From Candidatus Eiseniibacteriota bacterium (lineage in GTDB: Bacteria > Orphanbacterota > Orphanbacteria > Orphanbacterales > Orphanbacteraceae): a stretch of 64,000 nucleotides of DNA. The stretch lies in assembly GCA_043809585.1 (NCBI GenBank), contig JBDROZ010000072.1, positions 1 through 64,000 on the forward strand. Reading direction: 5' to 3'. Made by a program: the position numbers and the translations under genes. Every line of letters starts with the position of its first letter. Within the stretch, counting starts at the first letter, position 1. Shown here piece after piece: positions 51,351 to 61,694 of the stretch. Under the pieces are notes generated by a model that had not been told where the DNA came from, ran no database searches, and saw only the letters and a list, made by a program, of their open reading frames with translations.

Positions 51351-53570
51351 TCATCGGATGATGACGAACCGGCCGACCTTTTCACCGACCGGGGATTCGA
51401 TGTGATAGATGTAGACGCCGCTGACGACCTCCTGGTTGTTCCGGGTCACCAGGTTCCAGTATGTCAGGTCCCTTTCCGGGCTGAGATCATACCGGTGATG
51501 AATCGTCTGCACAAGATCACCGCCGAGGGAGTAGATTCGGATCGTGGCTTCCACCGGCAGATTCACGAAGTAGATTTTCCGGCCCGTGGGGTTGAAGCCG
51601 GAAGTCTCCTCGTCCCAATCGGCCCGTTCCTTGTAAGGGTTCGGAACCACATGGACGTTCTTCACGTCCGTGACGGTCCTCCGCCCCAGGACCTCTCCGG
51701 TCATGTCGTCCACATCGTAAACGTCCACCGCGTCCTCGAGGGACCGGGTCGGATTGAACCGCGGGTAGACGAGCATCTTGGACTGGGAGAACTTGCCGTA
51801 CTCCGGATCGATGCCCTCCGCCGGGTCCCCGTGGTCGTACGCGGTCACCGCGTACCAGTAGGGGAACCCGTTCTTCACGTCCCTCGTGTCGAGGTACCGG
51901 TACTTCCCGACGCCCTGGGCGCCGGTATCGAAGTTCGAGAGTTCGCTCTTGTCGATGTCCGCGATCAGGAACCACTGCTCGTCCCGGGGCTCCGTCGCTT
52001 CCCGGCGCCACCCCACGGCCTTCCACACCTGATACCCCTGGAAGTCGAACTTCGAGGAGAGGGGATCGGGGGTGAGCTCGGAGAAGTCGTCCCACTCGAT
52101 CGTCACCCGGTGGTCGCCGGGGATCACGCGCTGGTTCGGAGGCGGCGGCGCGGAGGCGGCGTTCCAGCCCCGGTTGAAGATCCGCTGCGCGGCGATGGCG
52201 TTGCCGAGCATGTAAAGCCGGACCTCTTCCGGATCGTCCCGGTCATAGCTGAGCGGGTCGAGCACGACGAACGCCGACTGGAACTCCAGTCGGTCCCCGG
52301 GACGGAGCTCGACGAAGGGCCCCGCGGAGACGAGCATCCGGTAGTCGTCGGGCCGCTCCTCCGCCGGATCGATGTGCTGGAGCCACCGGTTGCCGACGCG
52401 GTTCTCGCCGCGCAGGTACCGGTACCGCTCCCTGTCGTCCTCGGGGTCTTCGTCCCCCCCCGACCACGACCGGTACGCGTGGATCTCGACCCTCTCCGGC
52501 GCGGTCACGCCGGTCGAGTCGATCGTATGGCCGAGGAACATGACGCCGAAGAGACCGTCCGCGTCGGAACCGTCTTCCCCTCCCTCGGCGTCCCGCATGT
52601 AGCCGATGTTCAGCTCCAAGCTCTCGCTCGGGCGGCCCGGCACGATGATGGTCGTGTCGGCGCTGATGAAGTTGGAGAGGTCGTCGAGGTAGATGTCGTC
52701 CGACCTCTGAGTGTCTCCCACGTCCGAGTCGACCATGAAGCCCACGTAGGCGTCCTGGATCGACCGGCTCGAGATGTTCTCGATCAGGAAGTTGATGCCG
52801 ACGAAGTCGTCCCAGCTCCGCCCGACCCACTGATAGCTCTCTTGGGTGACCTTGAGGCCGAGGGGGGAGTGCTTGCGCCGAATATCGGCGATGTACTGGT
52901 TTCGCACCGTCGACGTGTCGTAAAAAATGCAGCGGAACATCTGCTGGCCGATCGCGTAATGGTCCTCGTCGATCCGCGTGTCGTTCCAGGGGTCGTTGTT
53001 GACGCCGTCGATCGGGTCCTCGTCGATCTCCCCGTCGCCGTCGTCGTCCACGTTCCGGGCGCCGCCCGGGCGGCCCTCCCAGGTTTCGTAGATCGTCGCC
53101 ACCGGATCGAACACGTCCGGCCGGAATTCGAACTGGTAGACGGCCGACGAAACGAGCGTGTCCTCCAGGGAAGGGTTATTCGCCCGGGGAACGACGGCGC
53201 CCACCCATAGCCCGGCCGCCCAAAGATAGTCGTGGGCGCTCCCCGGAGGCCACTGGCACGACGGCGCCACGTTGTAGCTGAGCTGCCCCATGGTCCCGAA
53301 AACACCGAAGTTGGAAACGTGGAGCACCATCCTCCCCACATCGTGATACGTGGAACCGAAGTTCGGCACGCCGGCGATGTCCATGTCGCCGAGGGGGCCG
53401 CTCCGCGCCTCCTCTCCGGCGCCCGCCCTGCCGAGCGCCTCGCCGGAGAATGAAACGAATGAAATGATGGAGAGTACCGCCGCGGCGGTCGAGAGCGTCC
53501 CGAAGGGCGCCCACGGGCGGGCGGGTCGTCCACCCGCCGTCATCCGGTCCTTGTCCCTTGCCCCCGTCAT
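51351..53570 (-). CDS. Secreted/surface protein with T9SS type-A-like C-terminal sorting domain
   Basis: Signal-like leader; DDDGDGEIDED Ca-binding-like motif; FN3-like region; C-terminus VVPNPY..IRIYSL.G..WNL..SGVYIY..GRFVIIR. Confidence 0.8.
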   Translation of the reverse strand: MTGARDKDRMTAGGRPARPWAPFGTLSTAAAVLSIISFVSFSGEALGRAGAGEEARSGPLGDMDIAGVPNFGSTYHDVGRMVLHVSNFGVFGTMGQLSYNVAPSCQWPPGSAHDYLWAAGLWVGAVVPRANNPSLEDTLVSSAVYQFEFRPDVFDPVATIYETWEGRPGGARNVDDDGDGEIDEDPIDGVNNDPWNDTRIDEDHYAIGQQMFRCIFYDTSTVRNQYIADIRRKHSPLGLKVTQESYQWVGRSWDDFVGINFLIENISSRSIQDAYVGFMVDSDVGDTQRSDDIYLDDLSNFISADTTIIVPGRPSESLELNIGYMRDAEGGEDGSDADGLFGVMFLGHTIDSTGVTAPERVEIHAYRSWSGGDEDPEDDRERYRYLRGENRVGNRWLQHIDPAEERPDDYRMLVSAGPFVELRPGDRLEFQSAFVVLDPLSYDRDDPEEVRLYMLGNAIAAQRIFNRGWNAASAPPPPNQRVIPGDHRVTIEWDDFSELTPDPLSSKFDFQGYQVWKAVGWRREATEPRDEQWFLIADIDKSELSNFDTGAQGVGKYRYLDTRDVKNGFPYWYAVTAYDHGDPAEGIDPEYGKFSQSKMLVYPRFNPTRSLEDAVDVYDVDDMTGEVLGRRTVTDVKNVHVVPNPYKERADWDEETSGFNPTGRKIYFVNLPVEATIRIYSLGGDLVQTIHHRYDLSPERDLTYWNLVTRNNQEVVSGVYIYHIESPVGEKVGRFVIIR

Positions 53571-53602
53571 AAGTCGTCTCTCCCTCGATTCGAGTCCTCG
53601 GA

Positions 53603-56311
53603 CTACCAGTCGATCATGATCCCGACTTTGACCCGCCGCATCGGATCGATCACGCGGGGGTCGCCCAGGGCCACGAACCGGTTGCCCGCCGAGGAATTCA
53701 CGTCGTTGAGATTGTAGGCCCCGCCGAGTTGCCCCGTTTCGGTGTAGTACACCGTGTGATTGCCCTCGTTGGTCGGCCAATCGCCGGGGTTCAGGGTCCG
53801 GATGTTCGTCCGGTTCAGCACGTTGTCCGCCTCCACGAAGAGCCGGAACTCCTGACCGTAGATGCTGTAGAGCTTGTTCGCCCGGATGTCCATCCGGGCT
53901 TCGTCCGGGAGCCTTCCCGAGTTGGTCAGCTCCACCGGCACCGACCGCTGCTGGTAACGGCGGGGCGTGAACGGCGAGCCGGTCTCGTAGGTGTAGTCGA
54001 GCGAGACCTCCCAAACGCCCGGGTCGGTCATGATCAGGTTCAGGACCACCGCGTGGGTCCGGTCCCAATTCAGGGGCGACTCGCTGAGGGGCTTCCGGTC
54101 GATGACGCCGGTCCCGACCAGGGCCTGGGTGTTCTCCTCCGAGTGGGTGCCCGTCGCCCTCGCCAGGGTGTAGACGATGCTCCCGCCGTACTTGTCGTTC
54201 ATGAGCCGCTTGTTCAACTTGAACTCGAGGCCCTTCACGGTGCCGTAGGCCTGATTGACGTACCCGACCGGCGCCTGGTTCCCGAAACTGGCGAGGCTGC
54301 CGTTCGTGATCTCGTCCGTGTCGATGAGGCCGAAGATGTCCTTGAAGAAGACGGTCATGTCGAGATTCAGGCTCTTGGTCAGCTGGTGGTCGACGCCGAT
54401 CTCGTAACTGATGTTCTTCTCCGGATCGAGGAAGATGTTCCCGTACGTTCCGCCGTCCTGTTCGATCTGCTGGCCGAGCCCCTTGTACATCCTCTCGAAG
54501 ACCGGCAGCTGGTAGAACCGGCCGTAGTGGAAGTGGAGCACGTCCCGGTCCGAGATCGGGTATGCCATGCCGATCCGGGGCGAGAGCTGGGTCTTCATTC
54601 GCGACTTCAGGCTGATGTCCGCGGGCTCCAGAAACGTGGACGCGAGGAATTCGTTGCCCAGTCTCGCCGCCCGGGCCCCCGGATCGTAGAAGTCGAGCCG
54701 GAGCCCCGCGTTCAGGACCATCCCCTCGTAGAGGAGCTGGTCTTGGACGTAGGCGGCGCCCCCCCAGGAATAGACATTATAGCGGTCCGGCCACGGCCCC
54801 TCGGGGTTCAGGGAGTCGGGGAACGTGGTGTCGAACATCTTGAGATCGTAGTACTCGAGCTCCAGACCGGTCTTCAGCCGGTGGCGCTGGGTGACCTGGC
54901 TAGTGAGGTCCGATCTCAGCGTGTACCGCTCGGTCCCGTAATCCTGGTAGTGAGGGTAGTCCCCCTGCACCACGAAGTAGCGGTTCTGGGGATCCACGTA
55001 CTCGTCGCTGTTGTACGTCGGAATGTAATCGACCGGGTCCTTATGGCCGACCCGCTCGAGATAGGACGTGCTGTACCGGCTCACCTTGAGGGTGTAGAAC
55101 GTCTCGGGCGACAGGGTGTGCGTCCAAAGCGCCTTCTGCTGGGTGTCCTCGGTGATGAAACGGGGCAAGTGATCCGGGCCCGAGTAGAAGACGTAGGTCG
55201 TGTCGAGGGGCTCGTACCACCAGCGCCGGTCCTCGGCGGACCACCATCCGACCCGGCTGTACGGGTGGTAGTAACTGTCCTGGAGACTCTTCGTGTAGAG
55301 GGCGTCCACGGAGAATTTCATCTCCGGCGAGAAGTAGTAGGTCAGCTTCCCCTGGCCCCGGTACTCGTTGTACATCCGGTCCTGGAGTGTGACCCCGAGG
55401 ACCTCCCGCTTGCGGTACTCCTTGTTCGACTTCAGGTAGGTGTCGCTGAAGTTCGCTTCTCCGGAAACGTGAAACCGGAGGTCCTTCGAGACCAGCGGCC
55501 CGCCGAGCGAGAAGACGACGTCGTCGAAGTTGTAGTACGTCTTGTCCGGCGCGCCGTAGTCGTCGGTCATGTACTTCACGAGGCCGGAGAACTTCCGCCC
55601 CCCCTCGGCGCTGGTGATGTTCACGATCCCCGACGCGGCGTTTCCGTACTCCGCGTCGTACCCGCCCGAGAGGAGCTGGATGTTCGAGAGGGAGGCGAAA
55701 GAGACGTCCAGCGTGTTCTGCCCGACGAACGGGTCGGACACGGGCATCCCGTCGACGAAGAACTTCACCTCGTCGGATCGGCCGCCCCGAACGTGGATGT
55801 TCCCCTGGCCGTCGATGGTCACGCCCGGTTGCTTCGCCAAGGCGTCGGTGACCGTGTTGATCGTGCGGATCTTGAACTCTTCCTGGCCGATGTTCTTCTC
55901 GCTCGTGGAACTCTTGACGTTCACTTCCGCTTCGCCGGTCACCTCGTACACGCCGCCCTCCGCGGCCGAAGAGCCGAGCTCCGCGTGAAGGCTCGTCACC
56001 TGTCCGGCGACGATGGTCACTCCCTCGAAGGTCTGGGGCTCGTAACCCATCATCATCACGAGGACCCTATACGTTCCCGGCGGAACCCTTAAGATCGTGA
56101 ACGTCCCGTTCTGCTGGGAGATCCCCCCCAACTTGGTCTCCTGGACAAGGACGTCCGCCCAGGCGATCGGCTTCTTGGTCTCCCCGTCCCTCACGGTACC
56201 GGAGAGGCTCCCGAGAGCCTGCGTATCTTGTGCATGCGCGCCCGCGAAGGGGACCAGAAGAAGACAAAGAAGAAGAGCAAAGGTGGGGCCGCTCCGAACT
56301 CGATCAGCCAT
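53603..56311 (-). CDS. TonB-dependent receptor with N-terminal carboxypeptidase-regulatory-like domain
   Basis: Signal peptide AHA-Q; plug motifs HVRGGRSDEV..VDG and GGYDAEYGNA.SG.VNI; beta-barrel ending in W. Confidence 0.92.
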   Translation of the reverse strand: MADRVRSGPTFALLLCLLLVPFAGAHAQDTQALGSLSGTVRDGETKKPIAWADVLVQETKLGGISQQNGTFTILRVPPGTYRVLVMMMGYEPQTFEGVTIVAGQVTSLHAELGSSAAEGGVYEVTGEAEVNVKSSTSEKNIGQEEFKIRTINTVTDALAKQPGVTIDGQGNIHVRGGRSDEVKFFVDGMPVSDPFVGQNTLDVSFASLSNIQLLSGGYDAEYGNAASGIVNITSAEGGRKFSGLVKYMTDDYGAPDKTYYNFDDVVFSLGGPLVSKDLRFHVSGEANFSDTYLKSNKEYRKREVLGVTLQDRMYNEYRGQGKLTYYFSPEMKFSVDALYTKSLQDSYYHPYSRVGWWSAEDRRWWYEPLDTTYVFYSGPDHLPRFITEDTQQKALWTHTLSPETFYTLKVSRYSTSYLERVGHKDPVDYIPTYNSDEYVDPQNRYFVVQGDYPHYQDYGTERYTLRSDLTSQVTQRHRLKTGLELEYYDLKMFDTTFPDSLNPEGPWPDRYNVYSWGGAAYVQDQLLYEGMVLNAGLRLDFYDPGARAARLGNEFLASTFLEPADISLKSRMKTQLSPRIGMAYPISDRDVLHFHYGRFYQLPVFERMYKGLGQQIEQDGGTYGNIFLDPEKNISYEIGVDHQLTKSLNLDMTVFFKDIFGLIDTDEITNGSLASFGNQAPVGYVNQAYGTVKGLEFKLNKRLMNDKYGGSIVYTLARATGTHSEENTQALVGTGVIDRKPLSESPLNWDRTHAVVLNLIMTDPGVWEVSLDYTYETGSPFTPRRYQQRSVPVELTNSGRLPDEARMDIRANKLYSIYGQEFRLFVEADNVLNRTNIRTLNPGDWPTNEGNHTVYYTETGQLGGAYNLNDVNSSAGNRFVALGDPRVIDPMRRVKVGIMIDW

Positions 56312-56376
56312 GTTCACCACTCCTTTGCGGCGGCTACGTAACACCGTGAAGATCCGAGCCTAGGAATGCTGCGCCC

Positions 56377-56405
56377 AATGTACCCAAGGGGTCCCCGGGT
56401 GTCAA
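56377..56405 (-). promoter_or_regulatory. sigma70-type promoter for the TBDR-cargo-PorV unit
   Basis: TTGACA-N17-TACATT. Confidence 0.7.
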
Positions 56406-56431
56406 GCCCTAACCCGAACCGACTCCTCATG

Positions 56432-57418
56432 CTAGCTCCCCCCGGAGGGGTCGAAAAGGTGGCAGTTCACCGACCTTCCGGGGGCCGGTTCGAACCGGGC
56501 GGGGGGGTCGGTCCTGCAGGGAGGGAAAGCCTCCGGACAGCGGGGATGGAAGGGGCACCCCGCCGGGGGCCGGGCGGCGGAGGGGATCTCGCCGCCGAGC
56601 ACCGCCCGGCGGCCCCGGCGGGCGGGATCGGGGAGCGGGGTGGCGGCGATGAGAGCCTTCGTGTAGGGGTGGAACGGCTCCCGGTAGAGGGCCTCCGTCG
56701 GCCCTTTCTCGACGATCTTGCCGAGATAGAGGACCGCCGTCCGGTCCGACGCATGCCGGACGACCGCCAAGCCATGACTGATGAGAAGATACGACAACCC
56801 CAGCTTCTCCTTGAGCGTGAGAAGGAGGTTCACGATCTGGGCCTGGATCGAGACGTCGAGGGCGGAGACCGGCTCGTCGGCGACCAGGAGGCGAGGTTCC
56901 ACCGCCAAGGACCGGGCGATCCCGATCCTCTGCCGCTGGCCCCCGCTGAACTCGTGGGGGTACCGCCGCCGGTCCTCCCCCTTCAGGCCGACCAGTTCCA
57001 GAAGCTCCCGGACCCGCTCCCCCTCCCTCCCCGGGGCGATCCGGTGGACCCGGAGGGCCTCCTCGATCGCGCCCCCCACGGTGAGCCGTGGGTTCAGGGA
57101 GCCGAAGGGATCCTGAAAGACAATCTGCATCTCCCGGCGGAGAGAGCGGAGTTCCTGAGAGCCCATCGCGGTCAGATCCCGGCCGTCGAAAAGAACCCGC
57201 CCGGCCGTCGGCTCCTCGAGCCGGAGGACCAGCCGGCCGATGGTGCTCTTTCCCGACCCGCTCTCGCCGACGAGGGCGAGGGTCTCCCCTCCGGCGATGG
57301 AGAAGCACACGCCGTCGACCGCCTTGACGACCCCCCGGTTCCGGGAGAACGGCCCGGTCCGGAGAGGGTAGTGCTTCGCCAGGTCCCGGGCTTCGAGAAG
57401 GGGGCCGCTTCCGCTCAC
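56432..57418 (-). CDS. Oligopeptide/dipeptide ABC ATPase (OppF/AppF-like)
   Basis: [26 protein letters not shown] and GCPFHPRC motifs. Confidence 0.93.
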   Translation of the reverse strand: MSGSGPLLEARDLAKHYPLRTGPFSRNRGVVKAVDGVCFSIAGGETLALVGESGSGKSTIGRLVLRLEEPTAGRVLFDGRDLTAMGSQELRSLRREMQIVFQDPFGSLNPRLTVGGAIEEALRVHRIAPGREGERVRELLELVGLKGEDRRRYPHEFSGGQRQRIGIARSLAVEPRLLVADEPVSALDVSIQAQIVNLLLTLKEKLGLSYLLISHGLAVVRHASDRTAVLYLGKIVEKGPTEALYREPFHPYTKALIAATPLPDPARRGRRAVLGGEIPSAARPPAGCPFHPRCPEAFPPCRTDPPARFEPAPGRSVNCHLFDPSGGS

Positions 57419-58377
57419 GGCCGGCCCTCCCCGGCGAGGAAACAGCGCACGCCCCCTTCCATTTCGGGATGGGCTTCCCGGCAACGGTCCTCGGCGATCG
57501 GACACCGGGGGTGGAACCGGCACCCGCCGGGGAGATTGAAGGCGCTCGGCACGCTCCCCGCCACGGAGCGGAGGGGCCCGGCCTCTCCCGGGCGCGGCAG
57601 CGACCGGAGCAGCGCCTCGGTGTACGGGTGCCGGGGGGACCGGAAGAGACTCTCCGCGGAGGCCTCCTCGACGATCTCTCCCGCGTACATCACCGCCACC
57701 CGGTCCGCCGTCTCCGCCACCACGCCGAGGTCGTGGGTGATGAGCAGCAGCGCCATGCCGAAACGCTCCTTCATGCCGCGGAGGAGATCGAGGATCTGGG
57801 CCTGGATGGTGACGTCGAGGGCGGTGGTCGGCTCGTCGGCGATGAGAAGCTCGGGGCGGCAGGCGAGGGCCCCGGCGAGGAGGACGCGCTGGCGCATCCC
57901 GCCGGAGAGCCGGTGGGGGTAGTCCCCCGACCGCTCTTCCGGGTCCGGGATGCCCACGATCCGGAGCATCTCCACCGCTTCCCGGCGCGCGTCTTTCTTG
58001 GAGAGTCCCCGGTGGCGGCGGAGCCCCTCGGCCACCTGGAGCCCGATGGTGAGGACCGGGTTCAGCGCGCTCATCGGCTCCTGGAAGACCATGGAGATCC
58101 GGTTCCCCCGCACCCGGCCCATCTCGGCCTCCGAGAGCACGAGGAGATCTTCTCCCCGAAAGAGAATCCGCCCGCCGTCGATTCGGCCGGGCGGATCGGG
58201 AATCAGTCGCAGGATGGAGAGGGCGGTGACGCTCTTGCCGCAGCCGGACTCGCCCACGAGCCCGACCACTTCCCCCTCGTTCACCACGAGAGAGAGAGAG
58301 TCCACGGCGCGCGCCGTCCCCTCCTCGGTATCGAACCGGGTGCGGAGCCCCTCAATCTCGAGCAGGGGCGCCTCCAT
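57415..58377 (-). CDS. Oligopeptide/dipeptide ABC ATPase (OppD/AppD-like)
   Basis: [31 protein letters not shown] and GCRFHPRC motifs. Confidence 0.93.
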   Translation of the reverse strand: MEAPLLEIEGLRTRFDTEEGTARAVDSLSLVVNEGEVVGLVGESGCGKSVTALSILRLIPDPPGRIDGGRILFRGEDLLVLSEAEMGRVRGNRISMVFQEPMSALNPVLTIGLQVAEGLRRHRGLSKKDARREAVEMLRIVGIPDPEERSGDYPHRLSGGMRQRVLLAGALACRPELLIADEPTTALDVTIQAQILDLLRGMKERFGMALLLITHDLGVVAETADRVAVMYAGEIVEEASAESLFRSPRHPYTEALLRSLPRPGEAGPLRSVAGSVPSAFNLPGGCRFHPRCPIAEDRCREAHPEMEGGVRCFLAGEGRP

Positions 58378-59836
58378 CGCTCGGCTCCTCCCACCGAAGC
58401 CGGGGCCGGCGCGAAGCGAGGCTCTCGTTCACCCGCTTCACCGGAGTGGTGTGGGGCGCGGTGCGCACCATCTCCGGGTCCTCCCCGATCTCGACGGCGA
58501 TCCGGTTCAGCGCCTCAGCGAACCGCTCGATCGTCTCCTTCGTCTCCGTCTCGGTCGGCTCGATCATCAGCGCTTCCTTCACGATGAGGGGGAAGGAGAT
58601 GGTCGGAGCGTGGAAGCCGTAGTCGAGAAGACGTTTTCCGATGTCCCCCGCCCGCACTCTCGATTCCTTGAAGTAGCCGGCCGCCGTCGACACGAATTCG
58701 TGCATCGGCATCCGCGTGTAGGGAACCGGGAAGGCCTCCTCCACGAGGGACTTGAGATAGTTCGCGTTCACGATGGCGTTCTCCGTCACCTCCCGGAGGC
58801 CGGCCGCTCCGAGATGGCGGATGTACGCGTACGCCCGGAGGAGCACGCCGAAGTTGCCGTGATAGGAGTGGACCGGCCCGATGGAGTCGGGAAGGTCCGT
58901 CTCCCACCGGTAGCCTTCGTCCGCCCGAGCCGCCCGGGGACCGGGCAGGAAGGGGCGGAGGTGCTCCATCACGCCCACCGGGCCGGCGCCGGGGCCGCCC
59001 CCGCCGTGGGGCGTGCTGAATGTCTTGTGAAGGTTCGTGTGCATGACGTCGAAGCCCACATCCCCGGGGCGCACGAGGCCGAGCAGTGCGTTCAGGTTCG
59101 CGCCGTCCAGATAGATCTGCCCCCCCGCGCCGTGGACGATCTCCACGATCCGGGGGAGCTGGGTCTCGAAGAGGCCCACGGTATTCGGCAGGGTGAGCAT
59201 GAAGGCGGCGACCGACTCGTCGCAGATCGACCGGAGCTCCCGGATCGAAACCTCCCCCCGTTCGTTGCTCTTCACCTCGACCGGCTCGAGGCCGAGGCGG
59301 CGGACCGACGCGGGGTTCGTGCCGTGGGCGGAGTCGGGGATGATCACCTTCTTCCGGTCCTCCCCCCGCTTCCGGTAGTACGCCTCGATGATCGAGAGGC
59401 CCGTGAACTCGCCGTGGGCGCCCGCCGCCGGCTGGAGGGTGAAGGCGTCCATGCCGGTAATCGCCATGAGGGCTTCCTCGAGTTCGACGAGGATACGGAG
59501 CGATCCCTGGCAGAGCGATTCGGGGAGCATGGGGTGGCTGTTCGTGAAACAGGGATAAGCCGCCACCCGTTCGTGGAGCTTCGGGTTGTACTTCATCGTG
59601 CACGACCCGAGGGGATAGAAATCCTTCTCCACGTGATGGTTCATCACGGCGAGACGGTTGAAGTGCCTCGCGAGCTCGAGTTCCGGCACCTCGGGGAGGA
59701 GAAGCCCCGACTTCCGGCGATGGGACGGGGGGATCGACCTCAGTGCCTCCTCGCGGGAGACCGACGGCTCGGGCAGGTGCTCGGCCCCCCGGCCCTCCTT
59801 GTGCAATTCGAAGACGACCGGATTGTCACGACCCAT
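58352..59836 (-). CDS. gcvPB: Glycine dehydrogenase subunit 2
   Basis: [19 protein letters not shown] and [16 protein letters not shown] motifs. Confidence 0.97.
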   Translation of the reverse strand: MGRDNPVVFELHKEGRGAEHLPEPSVSREEALRSIPPSHRRKSGLLLPEVPELELARHFNRLAVMNHHVEKDFYPLGSCTMKYNPKLHERVAAYPCFTNSHPMLPESLCQGSLRILVELEEALMAITGMDAFTLQPAAGAHGEFTGLSIIEAYYRKRGEDRKKVIIPDSAHGTNPASVRRLGLEPVEVKSNERGEVSIRELRSICDESVAAFMLTLPNTVGLFETQLPRIVEIVHGAGGQIYLDGANLNALLGLVRPGDVGFDVMHTNLHKTFSTPHGGGGPGAGPVGVMEHLRPFLPGPRAARADEGYRWETDLPDSIGPVHSYHGNFGVLLRAYAYIRHLGAAGLREVTENAIVNANYLKSLVEEAFPVPYTRMPMHEFVSTAAGYFKESRVRAGDIGKRLLDYGFHAPTISFPLIVKEALMIEPTETETKETIERFAEALNRIAVEIGEDPEMVRTAPHTTPVKRVNESLASRRPRLRWEEPSDGGAPARD

Positions 59837-61208
59837 GTTCTTCCTCCCGGGCGACCGCGAGGAAGCGGGCCACCACGTCGCCGTAGCGCCGGATCGTCTC
59901 CGGACTGCGCTTCTCCGTCGCGGCCGCGAGCCACCCGTTCTCCATCTCCGGGTAATCCCGCTCGAGGGGGATGCCGGGGACGATCCCCGCCGCGATCAAC
60001 TCGTCCGCGAGCCCCCGCCACCCGGCGGCCCCCGGGAATCGGACGGGGAACTCCCGGAAAAACGGTTCCCCTCTGAAGGGGATCTCCGCGCCGGCCTTCT
60101 CGAGGACGTTCATGAGTGTCATCGCCCTCTCCTGGGAGAGGAGCGCCGCCCGTTCGAGACCGCGTGGCCCGAGGGCGGTCAGGTACGCCGTCGCCGCGAG
60201 GGCGATCAGTCCCTGGTTCGTACAGATGTTCGACGTCGCTTTGTCCCGGCGGATGTGCTGCTCCCGGGTCTGGAGCGTGAGCGCGAAGGCCCGCCTCCCG
60301 TCGGCGTCTTCCGTGAGTCCCGAGAGGCGTCCCGGCATCCGCCGGAGGAACTCCTCCCGGCACGTGAAGAGGCCGAGCAGGGGCCCGCCGAAATTCAAGG
60401 AAGCGCCGAGGGCCTGCCCCTCGCCGACGGCGATGTCCGCCCCCGCCTCCCCCGGTGTCTTCAAGATGGCGAGGCTGACGGGCTCGAAGATCTGGAGAAA
60501 GAGGGCCTCCCGGGCGTGGGCGATCCGAGCCATCTCCTCGGTCTCCTCGAGGCGGCCGAAGTAATTCGGGTTGGCCCCGACCACGACGGCGGTCTTCTCC
60601 GACACCGCCTCCTCGAGGGCGGCGAGGTCGGTCCCCCCCCGGCGGCCGACCGGGATCTCCCGGATCTCGAGACCCGACACGGCGAGATGGGTTCGGAGCA
60701 CCGCCCGGTAGCGGGGATTCACGGCCGCCGAGATGAGGGCCTCCGTCCTCCCCTCCTTCGCCCCCGACGCCATCCACACCCCCTCGACGAGGGCGGTCGC
60801 GCCGTCGTAGAGGGAAGCATTCGCGAGGGGCATGCCGGTCAGCCGGGAGAGGAGGGATTGGAACTCGAAGATGACTTGGAGGGTTCCTTGGGCGACCTCC
60901 GCCTGGTACGGGGTGTAGGCCGAATAGAACTCGGGCCGTCCCACGGTGGCGGAGACGATGGCGGGCACGTAGTGGTCGTACACGCCTCCGCCGAGGAAGG
61001 ATTCCTTCTCCGACGCCGGGCGGTTCTCCCGGGCCAGTTTTCCGAACTCGTCCTCGATCTCTTTCTGGGTGAGCGGGGCGGGGAGCGGAAGGGCTCCCCG
61101 GAATCGCATGGCCCGGGGGATCTCCTTCAGGAGGTCCTCGACGCCCTCCGCCCCGAGGGTTCGGAGCATCTCCCGGCGGTCCCGGTCCGTGTGGGGTACG
61201 TAGCTCAT
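59826..61208 (-). CDS. gcvPA: Glycine dehydrogenase subunit 1
   Basis: AYTPYQAEVAQG, NASLYDG and TREQHIRRDKATSNICT motifs. Confidence 0.97.
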   Translation of the reverse strand: MSYVPHTDRDRREMLRTLGAEGVEDLLKEIPRAMRFRGALPLPAPLTQKEIEDEFGKLARENRPASEKESFLGGGVYDHYVPAIVSATVGRPEFYSAYTPYQAEVAQGTLQVIFEFQSLLSRLTGMPLANASLYDGATALVEGVWMASGAKEGRTEALISAAVNPRYRAVLRTHLAVSGLEIREIPVGRRGGTDLAALEEAVSEKTAVVVGANPNYFGRLEETEEMARIAHAREALFLQIFEPVSLAILKTPGEAGADIAVGEGQALGASLNFGGPLLGLFTCREEFLRRMPGRLSGLTEDADGRRAFALTLQTREQHIRRDKATSNICTNQGLIALAATAYLTALGPRGLERAALLSQERAMTLMNVLEKAGAEIPFRGEPFFREFPVRFPGAAGWRGLADELIAAGIVPGIPLERDYPEMENGWLAAATEKRSPETIRRYGDVVARFLAVAREEEHGS

Positions 61209-61220
61209 GGTCTCTCCATG

Positions 61221-61280
61221 GATCTCCGCTCCGGGGATCTCGCCTCCGGGGATCTCCGCTCCGGCGTCCTCGGCTCCGGG
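61221..61280. repeat. Four tandem 15-bp units (GATCTCCGCTCCGGG consensus)
   Basis: Units start at 61221, 61236, 61251 and 61266 in the gcvH-gcvPA spacer. Confidence 0.85.
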
Positions 61281-61304
61281 CCGCGGCGGATCGCTCGTTT
61301 CCGG

Positions 61305-61691
61305 TTATGTCTCTTCGTCGATCAGTTTCGCATAATCCGCCGCGTCGAGAAGGTCGTCGAGCTCCTCCGGATCCTCCACGGCCACCTTGAAAAGCCAGCC
61401 TTTTCCGTAGGGATCCCAATTCACGTGCCTCGGCTCCTCCTCGAGCTCCTGATTCACCTCGATCACCTCACCGCTGACGGGAGCGAAGATCTCGATGGCG
61501 GCTTTATTCACCTCGATTTCACAAGCGAACAGGTCCTTCTCGATCCGCGTTCCCAACTTCGGCGGAGTGGCCAGTATGAGTTCGCCCGATTCCGATTGGG
61601 CGTAGTCGGTGATCCCCACGGTGCCCACCCCCTCCTCGATGAGAATCCACTCATGTTTGCGGGTGTACTTCAGGTCTTCCGGTATGTTCAC
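61305..61691 (-). CDS. gcvH: Glycine cleavage H protein with divergent lipoyl region
   Basis: HEW, GITDYAQ, APVSGEV and DPYG.GW motifs; lipoyl Lys in EVNKA. Confidence 0.92.
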   Translation of the reverse strand: MNIPEDLKYTRKHEWILIEEGVGTVGITDYAQSESGELILATPPKLGTRIEKDLFACEIEVNKAAIEIFAPVSGEVIEVNQELEEEPRHVNWDPYGKGWLFKVAVEDPEELDDLLDAADYAKLIDEET

Positions 61692-61694
61692 GGA

